Shown here one piece after another: positions 46,538 through 56,630 of a stretch of DNA of 64,000 bases. The stretch is from the NCBI GenBank assembly GCA_018714965.1, contig DVML01000007.1, positions 5,323 to 69,322 of the forward strand, read 5' to 3'. The notes below the pieces were generated by a model. That model saw only the letters and a list, made by a program, of their open reading frames with translations, made no database searches and had not been told where the DNA came from. How positions within the stretch are numbered: position 1 is the stretch's first letter; each line of letters starts with the position of its first letter. Source of the DNA: Candidatus Fimihabitans intestinipullorum (GTDB lineage Bacteria; Bacillota_I; Bacilli_A; RF39; UBA660). Position numbers and translations under genes: made by a program.

Positions 46538-47638
46538 TTAACTTTTCTTTTTTTCGGTATAAAATATTTTTAACATGATACCGAGTGGAACGAGGAAAAA
46601 GAAGATATATAGAAGAACAGGATAGACTTTAGACAAAAACTGATAGGCATCCGTATTTGTTGGAAAGATAATTTCACTGAGGAAGAAAATGATACCAAGT
46701 AAAACAGTATAGATGATTTTTTCATTTTTTTCACTCTGTGTATGCCATATTCTTTTGATGCCGTTTTCTACAAAGTATACAGCGATAGCACACGTGATTA
46801 ACATGTCAAATATCCATTGGATAGATAGCGTGTTTTCCACGCGTGTGATAAATCCTAAAATAGAAACTCTTTTTAAAATGTGAAATTCTGCATATTGATA
46901 GAGCTGACATAATTCTATTCCTAGAATAGATAATGTACAAAAAGCAATGATGAATAACATGACATTTGTGATCAGATAGGAATAAATTACGTGTTGATTA
47001 AAGTGTCGATCTTTTTTTATTTGATCTTTTGGTATGATTGTAAGTAAAAAGATAGGGAGTATATTATACGCAACATAGTGTAAAGAACCAGTTACAATAG
47101 GTTGTAAACCTTCGTCCATGAATGGTCTTAGGTTGTTGATATCAACTTGGCCCACAAGACCAATAAAACTAAGTAAATATAAGAATATATCGATATATAA
47201 TAGGATCATAATAACACGGGCAAATGTAGGCAGTCCTTTAGACAGCATATACCAAATACCGATTGCAAAAATAATCCCGATCATTGTAACAGGAGTACGA
47301 TATAGATATTGTGAGTTGATGAAGTTGCACAAATTATAAAATATAGTAACGGCAAGAGAAAGGACGAAACCGAGTAATAATAGATTGAGAATAAGAGCGA
47401 TCTTTCTTCCGAATAATTCCTGATTTAATTCGATAATAGAAAGATTTGGTTTGTAATTCATAATATAGAGAAAAATAAAGATTGGAATCAAACCTATAAT
47501 GATAGCAAATAAAATTGATATCGGAGTATTTTGCTTTGAAATGAAAAATAAATTATTGATGGAAATACCAACAAAGCAAGAATGCATAATAAAGTAGATA
47601 AAAGAGTCAAACTGTATGTTGCTAATTTGTTTTTTCAT
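46538..47638 (-). CDS. spore germination protein, GerAB/GerKB-type permease subunit
   Basis: 366-aa 10-TM APC-like protein; third gene of a gerA-like operon. Confidence 0.6.
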   Translation of the reverse strand: MKKQISNIQFDSFIYFIMHSCFVGISINNLFFISKQNTPISILFAIIIGLIPIFIFLYIMNYKPNLSIIELNQELFGRKIALILNLLLLGFVLSLAVTIFYNLCNFINSQYLYRTPVTMIGIIFAIGIWYMLSKGLPTFARVIMILLYIDIFLYLLSFIGLVGQVDINNLRPFMDEGLQPIVTGSLHYVAYNILPIFLLTIIPKDQIKKDRHFNQHVIYSYLITNVMLFIIAFCTLSILGIELCQLYQYAEFHILKRVSILGFITRVENTLSIQWIFDMLITCAIAVYFVENGIKRIWHTQSEKNEKIIYTVLLGIIFFLSEIIFPTNTDAYQFLSKVYPVLLYIFFFLVPLGIMLKIFYTEKKKS

Positions 47639-48839
47639 CTCTTACATCCTCCTCTTTTTGAATGGTTTCATTGAGAGCCCCTTTTGTTTCGAGATTGATC
47701 GATATGTCGATATTTACTTTTATATATGGAAAAACGTCGTCATCCCACACGCTTTGAACATGTTTAAAGTAGTCGGGATGATAGCGATAATAGTATAATC
47801 CAAATCCAAAAATGTCTGATTTGTATTTATTTTGTGCGGTTGAAATCGCACTTTGTAACATGTCGTGAAGAGAATCTTCAAATTTTTTCGTTATTTTTTC
47901 TAGATCGCTAGGTTGCAATAAATCGTAATCACAATTAATTTCTTGTAAAGAACCGTCTGTGGTTACATCGATATCGATAGAAGGTTGATTTTTATCAATC
48001 TTATAATTTCGATTGACACGGATATTTGTAATGTTGGCATTGGCAAAATTGTTTCCATCACATTTTGTTGTGACGATGACGTTTTTAGCATTGCCATTGA
48101 TAATATTGATACCCCTACTTTCCTCTCGTTTCGCAAAGCCAACTAGCTTGTCTTCTTTAAAAATGCCTAGATTGCTTAATTCAATATAAGTTTTAGGTTC
48201 AGAATTTTCTAAGTTTGCCATGTTTGATCCTTCTTCTGAATCCCCACTGATAATAATACTAGGTAGAACGGGATCGACACCGGGACGTAAAACACTACGT
48301 ATAAATTGACTATATCCAACATTTGTGGAAATTGATTGATTCGTACTGGAATTTTGTAAGTTGATTACGATATTTTGAGATGGAAACGCTTCTAGGGGCG
48401 AAAGAACTTTGACGACGTCTTTTGCTTTCTGATCTCGTGTAATTAAAAAGAAGAATTTTTTTCTAGATTCTGGATCTCGCATGAATAAATCGACGACTTT
48501 AAAAACACCTTCTTTTGCGATATCACTACTCATGACGATTACAGAAACATGTCCTAGATATGTCGACCTTGGATTTTTTAAATCGATTTCTCGCATTGCT
48601 TCTGATAAAGTAGGACCAACTCCACTAAAGACAGTCGTTTGACTTTCTCCTTCTTTGCTACTCACTTGTGCTTTTTTTGCATTGGCAATGGAGTAGCTAA
48701 TCTCATATCCACTTTCGACCTTATCGATTGCAACTGCTGTTACAATCGATAAATCATCTAATTCTTTGTAATCGAAACATCCGGTAAAGAAAAATATGAG
48801 AGATAAAATCAATATTAATTTATATTTCAGATTGATCAA
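47622..48839 (-). CDS. spore germination lipoprotein, GerAC-type subunit
   Basis: Lipobox FFTGC after signal peptide; 405 aa; middle gene of operon. Confidence 0.6.
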   Translation of the reverse strand: MINLKYKLILILSLIFFFTGCFDYKELDDLSIVTAVAIDKVESGYEISYSIANAKKAQVSSKEGESQTTVFSGVGPTLSEAMREIDLKNPRSTYLGHVSVIVMSSDIAKEGVFKVVDLFMRDPESRKKFFFLITRDQKAKDVVKVLSPLEAFPSQNIVINLQNSSTNQSISTNVGYSQFIRSVLRPGVDPVLPSIIISGDSEEGSNMANLENSEPKTYIELSNLGIFKEDKLVGFAKREESRGINIINGNAKNVIVTTKCDGNNFANANITNIRVNRNYKIDKNQPSIDIDVTTDGSLQEINCDYDLLQPSDLEKITKKFEDSLHDMLQSAISTAQNKYKSDIFGFGLYYYRYHPDYFKHVQSVWDDDVFPYIKVNIDISINLETKGALNETIQKEEDVRDEKTN

Positions 48840-50307
48840 CTCCTAATCTACGTCGATTTTTCTTTGTAAAGAAGTCTGGACGATATTTTATTTTGTTTCT
48901 GGCACGACGAACGAGTCCATCTTTTAAGATTGCTTGATTGAGAGGACTTAATGGAGTTAAATATGGTGTCCCCATGATTTCTAGACTACAAATTTTAGTG
49001 AGAAAGATGATTCCAATTACGACGAATCCAACCAGGCCCATAATAGCAGAGGCAATCAGAAATATGACGCGCCAAAATCTAAGTGCATTTATAAAATCAA
49101 TATCAGTAAAGAGAAACCCTGATATAGAAGTCATTGCGACGACAATGACGACGATAGGGGATACAATTCCAGCATTTACTGCAGCATCACCTAATACGAG
49201 AGCGCCTACGATACTAATCGAAGATCCCATAGCGCTAGGAATACGAATATCGCTTTCTCTTAGAATTTCAAAAGTGGTAATGAGAATTAAAATTTCAAAG
49301 ATGGTTGGAATTGGAACACCTTCTCGTTGTACTGCGATCGAGATGAGTAGTCGATCGGGAATGATCTCTTGATTGAATGTTGTCACCGCGATATAAAGTG
49401 CGGGAGTCATAATAGTAGTGAGAAATGCTAGAAATCTTAACGCTCTTGATAAAGTTACATTAGAAGGTTTTTGATAGTAATCATCTGCTGTTTGGAAAAA
49501 GTCCATAAATAAACCTGGTAGTACAATTACGTAAGGAGAGTTTTCCACAATGATGGCTATTTTTCCATCTAAGATAGATCCACAGACAAGATCAGGCCTT
49601 TCTGTTGTCACAGCTTTTGGAAAATCTGTGTATTGCTTAGTAGATAGATATTCTAGAATATAACCACAATCTAAAATGCCATCAATATCTATTTTTTTTA
49701 GTTTATTGACGATTTTTTCTACTTTTTCCTGTGGTACGACGTCCTGTAAGTATGCCACTGCTACTTTCGTTTTCGATCTTCTACCAACGATTGTTTCGTT
49801 TAACCATAGATGAGGATCTTTAATTCTCTTTCGAATCAATCCTAAATTCATCATGTAATTTTCTGTAAAACTATCTTTTGGACCTCGTAAATTTTTTTCG
49901 TCATTTGCTTCTGTAACGCCTCGATCTAGTACACTTTTTGTCTCTAATGCGATTGCGCTACTGTTTCCATCGATAAAAATGACTGTGAATCCCGAAGATA
50001 AAAAGTAAAAGAGATTGTCAAAGTCTTCTACCGTCCTCATTTTACTATTTAAAATTGTATCTTTGAGACGTTGGTAAACTTTGTTCGTGCTTAGTTTTAT
50101 TTCGTCTTTTACATCTTCACTCAAGCTTCGCATTAAAAAGTCGCTTACTTTGTCATCGCTCGCGACACTTTCGATATACATATATGCGACCGTATTTTTT
50201 TTGAAATGAATGATACGAGAATTAATATCACAACTATTCCCATTCATTTGTTTTATGGTGTCGATATTTTTTTGTAAATTTGTATATAATTTCTTTGTTT
50301 TATTCAT
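48820..50307 (-). CDS. spore germination protein, GerAA-type subunit
   Basis: N-terminus MNKTKKLYTNLQKNIDTIKQMNGNS typical of GerAA; C-terminal 5-TM region; start moved to ATG 50307 (RBS GAGGGA), ORF-track start 50409 would overlap rlmD. Confidence 0.6.
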   Translation of the reverse strand: MNKTKKLYTNLQKNIDTIKQMNGNSCDINSRIIHFKKNTVAYMYIESVASDDKVSDFLMRSLSEDVKDEIKLSTNKVYQRLKDTILNSKMRTVEDFDNLFYFLSSGFTVIFIDGNSSAIALETKSVLDRGVTEANDEKNLRGPKDSFTENYMMNLGLIRKRIKDPHLWLNETIVGRRSKTKVAVAYLQDVVPQEKVEKIVNKLKKIDIDGILDCGYILEYLSTKQYTDFPKAVTTERPDLVCGSILDGKIAIIVENSPYVIVLPGLFMDFFQTADDYYQKPSNVTLSRALRFLAFLTTIMTPALYIAVTTFNQEIIPDRLLISIAVQREGVPIPTIFEILILITTFEILRESDIRIPSAMGSSISIVGALVLGDAAVNAGIVSPIVVIVVAMTSISGFLFTDIDFINALRFWRVIFLIASAIMGLVGFVVIGIIFLTKICSLEIMGTPYLTPLSPLNQAILKDGLVRRARNKIKYRPDFFTKKNRRRLGVDQSEI

Positions 50308-50397
50308 AGGCATCCCTCGTTCATCATTATCATACCCAAAATTAATCAGAATATCATAAATATCAATGATGTATGTTATAATTAGTATGGTGATTTT

Positions 50398-51636
50398 ATG
50401 GAAAAACATATTTTAAAAATAGAAAAATTGGATCATAGTGGAAGAGGAATTGCGCATTGTTGCGATAAAATTGTGTTTGTTCCATATGCTTTAATAGACG
50501 AAGTTGTCGAAGTGGAAATTGTAAAAGAAAAGAAATCGTGGATGGAAGGGCGTATGATTCGAATTTTAGAATCTTCTGAAAGACGAATCAATCCAACTTG
50601 TCCGTATTACGATGTTTGTGGTGGCTGTGATGTAATGCATATGTCTTATCAAGATCAAATCGCATGGAAGGAAGAAAAAGTAAAAGAGATTATGCAAAAG
50701 TTTGCTGGATTGTCTCCGTCGGCCATTTCTCATTTGATTCCATGTGAGCAAGAGAAAAATTATCGAAATAAATTAGTATTGCAAGTAAAAGATGATATTG
50801 GTTTTTTTGAAAAAAGAAGTCATCATCTTGTCAAAATTGAAGAGTGTCAAATTAGTGATGCACGCATAAATGAAGTATTACGAACGATTCGTTCTCGTAT
50901 TCCACTAACGAATGTTTATCAAATTATGATTCGTGCGAGCAAAAATACGGATGATATCATGGTGGTTTTCGATGTTTCTAAGCCGTTTATAATAGAGAAC
51001 GTAGTATCTATATTGAAAGATAAAGTCTCTTCTATTATTATGAAACAAAATCATAAATATAAAACAGTATTTGGAAAAAATGATATTGTTGAGAAGTTAA
51101 ATGGCGTGTCATTTCAGATCGCTTCAGATGCTTTTTTTCAAGTCAATACTAAGCAAACAGAAAAATTGTATCAAGCAGTGAAAGATGCTTTTGTATTGTC
51201 TCATGATGATGTTGTTTTGGATTTGTATTGTGGAACTGGAACCATTGGTATTTTTTTAGCTCCATTTGTGAAACAAGTCATCGGAGTAGAAGTAAATGCA
51301 CAGGCGATAGAAAGTGCGAAGAAGAATCAAGAATTAAATAAAGTCTCTAATATAGAATGGAAATTAGGTAAAGTAGAAGATGTGATACCTGGCTTACAAG
51401 TAGATCCAAATGTTGTGATTGTCGATCCACCTCGTAGTGGCTTAGACGTGAAGACGATAGAAAGAATCAAAGATTGGAATGTAGAAAAAGTAGTGTATGT
51501 ATCTTGTGATCCTGTTACACTCGCACGAGATTTAAAAATGTTACAAGAAAAATACGTCGTTGTAAAGATAGTTCCAGTTGATATGTTTCCACAGACAAAA
51601 CATGTGGAATGTGTATGCGCGCTTGAGAGGCGTTAA
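50398..51636 (+). CDS. rlmD: 23S rRNA (uracil-C5)-methyltransferase RlmD/RumA family
   Basis: N-terminal TRAM, Fe-S Cys cluster CPYYDVCGGC, SAM-binding LDLYCGTGTIG, catalytic VDPPR. Confidence 0.75.
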   Translation: MEKHILKIEKLDHSGRGIAHCCDKIVFVPYALIDEVVEVEIVKEKKSWMEGRMIRILESSERRINPTCPYYDVCGGCDVMHMSYQDQIAWKEEKVKEIMQKFAGLSPSAISHLIPCEQEKNYRNKLVLQVKDDIGFFEKRSHHLVKIEECQISDARINEVLRTIRSRIPLTNVYQIMIRASKNTDDIMVVFDVSKPFIIENVVSILKDKVSSIIMKQNHKYKTVFGKNDIVEKLNGVSFQIASDAFFQVNTKQTEKLYQAVKDAFVLSHDDVVLDLYCGTGTIGIFLAPFVKQVIGVEVNAQAIESAKKNQELNKVSNIEWKLGKVEDVIPGLQVDPNVVIVDPPRSGLDVKTIERIKDWNVEKVVYVSCDPVTLARDLKMLQEKYVVVKIVPVDMFPQTKHVECVCALERR

Positions 51637-51640
51637 AATC
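51589..51640 (+). repeat. left copy of imperfect direct repeat (contains GTGGAATGTGT) at rlmD 3' end
   Basis: Similar to 52683..52730: identical 11-mer plus shared ACAAACA, GCG, TTAAAA, AATAAAG blocks. Confidence 0.5.
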
Positions 51641-51832
51641 TAATAAATAAAGGAAAAAGCAACTATTCAGTAGGATGTGAAAAAATCGCAAAAAAATGAT
51701 ATTTTTACTAGTTTTAAAAAATTTTTTTACATAGGTTGTTTTAGTAGTATATGTTTCCATATACAAGGTCTAGTGGTATTGGTTGAATAATCTATATAGT
51801 AATTTATAAACAAGATATGAAAGTGGTGTTTT

Positions 51833-52510
51833 ATGAGAAAAAATATGTTAGATATGTTTATGGAGAATACAAAAAATTATTTACATTTAAATAATAATCA
51901 ATTGTTGAAAATAAAAGATATATTAATGCGAGGCGAGGCAATATATATTTTAGACGAACAGCCACCAATTGATATAATGAAAAAATTTCCTGAATTTATG
52001 GGAGAATTTGGGTTATTATTAATCAATAATATATGGTTTCTTACTGTTTCGAATAAAAAGACATGTTATATTCCAATTGAATTAGATAATTTTATATCAA
52101 CTGGAGTTATTCAATTTTTTGCACATTCTCATCCAGATGATGGTACTACGGCAAATCTTTTTCCATCGTTTTCAGATTTATTATCAATTGATGCAATAGA
52201 TCATAAATTTTATATTATAAGTGCTTATGGAATAACAGAAGTGGATATTACAAAGGCTAAAGACTTGAATTTTTTAGATGAAAGATTTGAAAATTATATT
52301 TTGGATAATCATATTTCTTATGAAGAATATATGAAAAACCAATTTAAAATTTATATGAATTTTATGGAATTTATTGGATGTAAATTAAATATTATACCTT
52401 ATGAAAATACAAAACAAATAAGTGAGATTTTAAGCAGTAAACAATTATTACAACATGAATTTTGGAATAAAACTATTGGGACTACATCCTATCCAGGTAA
52501 AAAATTATAA
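51833..52510 (+). CDS. hypothetical protein with possible JAB/MPN (RadC-like) metalloprotease-like motif
   Basis: FFAHSHPDDGTTANLFPSFSD resembles H-x-H-P...P-S-x-x-D of RadC/JAB domains (longer spacer); lies in a very AT-rich ~1-kb islet. Confidence 0.3.
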   Translation: MRKNMLDMFMENTKNYLHLNNNQLLKIKDILMRGEAIYILDEQPPIDIMKKFPEFMGEFGLLLINNIWFLTVSNKKTCYIPIELDNFISTGVIQFFAHSHPDDGTTANLFPSFSDLLSIDAIDHKFYIISAYGITEVDITKAKDLNFLDERFENYILDNHISYEEYMKNQFKIYMNFMEFIGCKLNIIPYENTKQISEILSSKQLLQHEFWNKTIGTTSYPGKKL

Positions 52511-52682
52511 TTTTTAAACTAAAAAAATATACATAATTAATAGTAATATGTTGATATTGTTTTTATAAAAAATATTGTTATGGTTTGATGAAATGATTAA
52601 AATGATATTTGGAGTAAATAGTTTATTATATTATGAAGTAGTCAGTTATACCAATACATATAAAAACCAACTAGTCATAATG

Positions 52683-52730
52683 TACAAACAAGGCACGTGG
52701 AATGTGTGGCGTCTTTGCATTTAAAAAATA
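52683..52730 (+). repeat. right copy of imperfect direct repeat
   Basis: See 51589..51640. Confidence 0.5.
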
Positions 52731-52740
52731 AAGTATAGGA

Positions 52741-53535
52741 GTGAAGAATGATATGGAAGAATATTTAGAGTTTGCTGAATATATTGCAAGACAAGCAGGA
52801 ACTATTATGTTGAAATATTTTTACCGAGATCATGGTGCTAGTTATAAGAGTGATGCCACAATTGTAACCTTAGCAGATAAAGAGATCAATTCATTTTTAA
52901 TTGAAAAAGTAAAAGAAAAATATCCTACACATGCTGTAGACGGAGAAGAAGAACAATCTGGGACAAGCAAATATGTATGGGTTTGTGATCCTGTCGATGG
53001 GACAGCCATGTATGCAAGACATGTACCGGTAGCTGTATTTTCTTTAGCTTTCGTAGTAGATGGAACTCCGGTTGTTGGTGTTGTGTATGATCCTTTTACA
53101 GATAATTTGTATTCGGCGATGAAGGGAAAGGGAGCATATAAAAATAATGAGAAAATAAGTGTAAATACTTTTGAACTAAGTAGCAAAGAAAGTGTCGCTC
53201 ATTATGATATGTGGCCTCATGCAGATTACAATATATATGATTTTATAAAAGAATTAGGAAAGAGTACTTACTTTGTTAGCATAGGTAGTGTGATTAGAGC
53301 TAGTATGTGTGTTGCTGAAGGAAATTTTACACTTGCGATTTTTCCTGGAACAAAACACAAAAATTGCGATATTGCTGCTGTGAAGGTGATAGTTGAAGAA
53401 GCAGGAGGGAAAGTAACAGATTTATTTGGACATGAGCAAAGGTATGATCAAAATATAAATGGTGCGTTAATAAGCAATGGAAACGTACACGAAGAAGTAG
53501 CAAAAGGAATTACAAAATATTTATTAGATAGATAA
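52741..53535 (+). CDS. inositol monophosphatase family protein (SuhB-like)
   Basis: WVCDPVDGT metal-binding motif and family-typical layout; start may instead be ATG 52753. Confidence 0.7.
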   Translation: MKNDMEEYLEFAEYIARQAGTIMLKYFYRDHGASYKSDATIVTLADKEINSFLIEKVKEKYPTHAVDGEEEQSGTSKYVWVCDPVDGTAMYARHVPVAVFSLAFVVDGTPVVGVVYDPFTDNLYSAMKGKGAYKNNEKISVNTFELSSKESVAHYDMWPHADYNIYDFIKELGKSTYFVSIGSVIRASMCVAEGNFTLAIFPGTKHKNCDIAAVKVIVEEAGGKVTDLFGHEQRYDQNINGALISNGNVHEEVAKGITKYLLDR

Positions 53536-53615
53536 TGACACTATAAAAAATTGAAAATTAAAAACATTTGTAATGTGGAGTATAATTGTGAGCATATTAA
53601 TATGGGGGGAATACT

Positions 53616-54737
53616 ATGAAATCTAAAGTAACGATGATATTATGTGTGCTCGCTGTTGGAATTGGATTATGGTTGGGAATCGATTCTCAGTCGAAAGAAA
53701 AAGATCAGAAAGTTTCAAAAACGTTGGATAGGAAAGCAGATGTCATTGAAAAAACGATAAATCATATGACATTAGAAGAAAAAGTAGGGCAAATGTTCAT
53801 TGTACGACTTCCAGAAAAAGATGCCCTGACAGCGATTGATCAGTATCATTTGGGAGGTTATATTTTATATGCGAGAGATTTTCGCAATCATACGAAGGAA
53901 AGTGCGACTTCTATGATAAAGTCGTATCAAGACAATTCTAAAATCCCTATGCTGATCGGAGTGGATGAGGAAGGTGGAACTGTCAATCGAGTTAGCTTAT
54001 ATCCAGCTTTTCGTAATTCACCGTTCCGTTCTCCACAAGAGGTATACAAAAGCGGTGGATGGGAGATGATTACGAGTGATGCGATCGAAAAAAGTAAATT
54101 ATTGCGCTCTCTTGGAATCAATGTCAATTTTGCGCCTGTTGTAGATGTTTCCGAAAATCCAAATGATTACATTTATAATCGCAGTTTTGGTAGCGATGCA
54201 GACATGACAGCGCAGTATGCGAAAAAGGTTGTTAAGGCAATGCACAAGGAGCATATAGAACCTGTATTAAAACATTTTCCAGGATATGGAAATAACGTAA
54301 ATACTCATACTGGAATCGCCCATGATACGAGAAGTTATGAACAATTTGAAACTTCCGATTTTATCCCATTTCAAGAAGGTGTGAAAGCAGGAGCAAATAT
54401 CATTTTAGTTTCTCATAATATCGTACATTCTATGGATGATAAATATCCAGCATCTTTATCGCCTAAGGTTCATAAGATTCTGAGAGAAACATTGAGCTTT
54501 GATGGTGTGGTAGTGACAGATGATTTATATATGGAAGGCATTACACAATATGTCAAAAAAGAAGAAGCAGCCATCTTGGCGGTACAGGCAGGAAATGATC
54601 TTATTTGTTGTACTGATTTTCAAACTCAAATACTAGCAGTAGTGAGTGCAGTAAAAGATGGAAGAATCAGTGAAGAAAGAATTAATTCCTCTGTTAGACG
54701 TATTTTAAAATTAAAAAAAGAGATGGGAATTTTGTAA
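53616..54737 (+). CDS. glycoside hydrolase family 3 beta-N-acetylhexosaminidase (NagZ-like), secreted/lipoprotein-type
   Basis: Signal peptide; GH3 N-terminal domain motifs (IGVDEEGG, KHFPGYG, catalytic D in VVTDDL). Confidence 0.7.
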   Translation: MKSKVTMILCVLAVGIGLWLGIDSQSKEKDQKVSKTLDRKADVIEKTINHMTLEEKVGQMFIVRLPEKDALTAIDQYHLGGYILYARDFRNHTKESATSMIKSYQDNSKIPMLIGVDEEGGTVNRVSLYPAFRNSPFRSPQEVYKSGGWEMITSDAIEKSKLLRSLGINVNFAPVVDVSENPNDYIYNRSFGSDADMTAQYAKKVVKAMHKEHIEPVLKHFPGYGNNVNTHTGIAHDTRSYEQFETSDFIPFQEGVKAGANIILVSHNIVHSMDDKYPASLSPKVHKILRETLSFDGVVVTDDLYMEGITQYVKKEEAAILAVQAGNDLICCTDFQTQILAVVSAVKDGRISEERINSSVRRILKLKKEMGIL

Positions 54738-54905
54738 TTTTTGAACAAAGATACTTGCGCAATTTGTCGAATTATGTTATATTGATAGTGCAAGATTTTC
54801 TTGCGGGTATTATGAAACTTTCCCACGTTACATCGTACCCTTTTTATGACAGACAGAACTTATCTGTCTTTTCTTTTGGTTTATGATATAATAAAACAAG
54901 AAAAG

Positions 54906-55769
54906 ATGGTGCATATGAAAGCAATTTTAGAATATGAAGTAAAAGAAAGAGAAACATTGCTTCCCTTTCTGGAGCAGAATTTAAAAGATATATCAAAAAA
55001 GAAAATAAAAAGTTATTTAACGCATGGCTGTGTATATGTAGATCATAAAAAAGTAACACAGTATAACTATAGTTTAGTGCCTGGACAAAAGATAGAGATA
55101 CATCGAAGCCAAAGAAGTAGTGAGAATACGGGAGAACTAGATATTTTATACGAGGATAGAGACTTACTTGTCGTGAATAAGAAATCCGGGTTACTTACGA
55201 TTTCGACAGAGAAAGAAAAAGAGAGAACCCTGTATCATATGGCAAGTAATTACGTAAAGAAAAACTATAAAAATGGCAAGATATTCATCGTTCATCGGTT
55301 AGATAGAGATACATCTGGAGTCGTTGTATTTGCTAAGAATGAGCATATGAAAGAGATGTTACAAAAAAATTGGAACGAACTTGTTTCATATCGTGGATAT
55401 ATTGCGATTCTCGAAGGAAATTTGCCAAAGAGAGAAGGCATGATTCATACATGGTTAAAAGAAGATGGAAACTATCGAGTGCATTCAGTAAAAAATAAAA
55501 AAGACGGTAAGGAAGCAATAACACTATATAAGGTAATCAAAGAAAGAAAAGATACAACTATCGTTGAAATAGAGTTAAAAACTGGAAGAAAAAATCAGAT
55601 ACGAGTTCACTTTAGCGAACTTGGTTATCCCGTTGTAGGAGATAAAAAATATGGTGCTCGAAAGCGCTCTTCTCGGTTAGAGTTGCACGCACATCGTTTA
55701 AAATTAAGACATCCGGTGACACATAGAGAAATGGAATGGATTGCTCCGATTCCTGAAGAGATGAAGTAG
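54906..55769 (+). CDS. RluA-family pseudouridine synthase
   Basis: HRLDRDTSGVVVFAKN catalytic motif; start ATG 54906 or 54915. Confidence 0.7.
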   Translation: MVHMKAILEYEVKERETLLPFLEQNLKDISKKKIKSYLTHGCVYVDHKKVTQYNYSLVPGQKIEIHRSQRSSENTGELDILYEDRDLLVVNKKSGLLTISTEKEKERTLYHMASNYVKKNYKNGKIFIVHRLDRDTSGVVVFAKNEHMKEMLQKNWNELVSYRGYIAILEGNLPKREGMIHTWLKEDGNYRVHSVKNKKDGKEAITLYKVIKERKDTTIVEIELKTGRKNQIRVHFSELGYPVVGDKKYGARKRSSRLELHAHRLKLRHPVTHREMEWIAPIPEEMK

Positions 55770-55782
55770 AAAAGAGGTAAAT

Positions 55783-56139
55783 ATGAATCATTTATTTATT
55801 GCATATCCAAAGTGCAGTACTTGTCAAAAAGCAAAGAAATGGTTAGAGGATCATAAGATTGAATTTGAAGAAAGACATATTGTCGATAACCGTCCTTTAA
55901 AAGAAGAATTGAGAAAGTGGCATCGTGAAAGTGGATTACCATTGAAGCGTTTTTTTAATACGAGTGGATTAAAATATAAGGAACTAGGATTAAAAGATAA
56001 ACTTCCAACGATGAGTGAAGAGGAACAATTAGATTTACTATCTAGCGATGGAATGTTAGTAAAAAGACCACTTTTGATTACACCATCGCATATATATGTT
56101 GGATTTAAAGAAAAAGAGTGGAGTAGTTTAGAATCATGA
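55783..56139 (+). CDS. ArsC/Spx/YffB-family thioredoxin-fold protein
   Basis: 118 aa; N-terminal CSTC motif in ArsC-family position. Confidence 0.55.
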   Translation: MNHLFIAYPKCSTCQKAKKWLEDHKIEFEERHIVDNRPLKEELRKWHRESGLPLKRFFNTSGLKYKELGLKDKLPTMSEEEQLDLLSSDGMLVKRPLLITPSHIYVGFKEKEWSSLES

Positions 56140-56630
56140 TAGAACATCAAGAACATGAATTTCCGCCGTTTTATGAAGAGGATTCTAAGATTCTTATTTT
56201 AGGTAGTTTTCCATCTAAAAAATCGAGGGAAGTGGGTTTTTATTACATGCATCCGCAAAATCGTTTTTGGAAAGTACTAGCTCGTGTTTTTGAGTGTGAG
56301 CTTCCTGAGACACTGTCGGATAAGAAAGAATTCTTGAGAAAAAATCATATTGCTCTTTGGGATGTCATTGAAAGCTGCGATATTAAAAATTCGAGTGATG
56401 CTAGTATACGGAATGTAGAACCGACGAAGATCGTTGAACTGATGAAGAAGACAGAGATTGACACCATTGTAACAACAGGAAAAAAGGCACATGAGTTATA
56501 TCAGAAGCACAGTAAAGATATCGTAGGAATTGAAGATATTACGCTACCGTCTACAAGTTCTGCCAACATTGCTAATTATAGCGAAGACGATTTGGTTAAG
56601 TGCTATCAGAGATTGAAGGAGTTTTTATGA
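56136..56630 (+). CDS. uracil-DNA glycosylase superfamily protein (Mug/TDG-like, G:T/U mismatch type)
   Basis: ILILGSFPSKKS...HPQNRFWKVL N-terminal motif typical of COG3663-type UDG-fold glycosylases; ATGA overlaps on both sides. Confidence 0.5.
   Translation: MIEHQEHEFPPFYEEDSKILILGSFPSKKSREVGFYYMHPQNRFWKVLARVFECELPETLSDKKEFLRKNHIALWDVIESCDIKNSSDASIRNVEPTKIVELMKKTEIDTIVTTGKKAHELYQKHSKDIVGIEDITLPSTSSANIANYSEDDLVKCYQRLKEFL

Noticed and set aside
50340-50400. Sigma-G/sigma-F forespore promoter upstream of gerAA on the minus strand
   Set aside because: I tried to match GnATR-N18-CATnnTA and GTATA/GGnnAnAnTA patterns in the reverse complement and found no convincing match. It is left unannotated.
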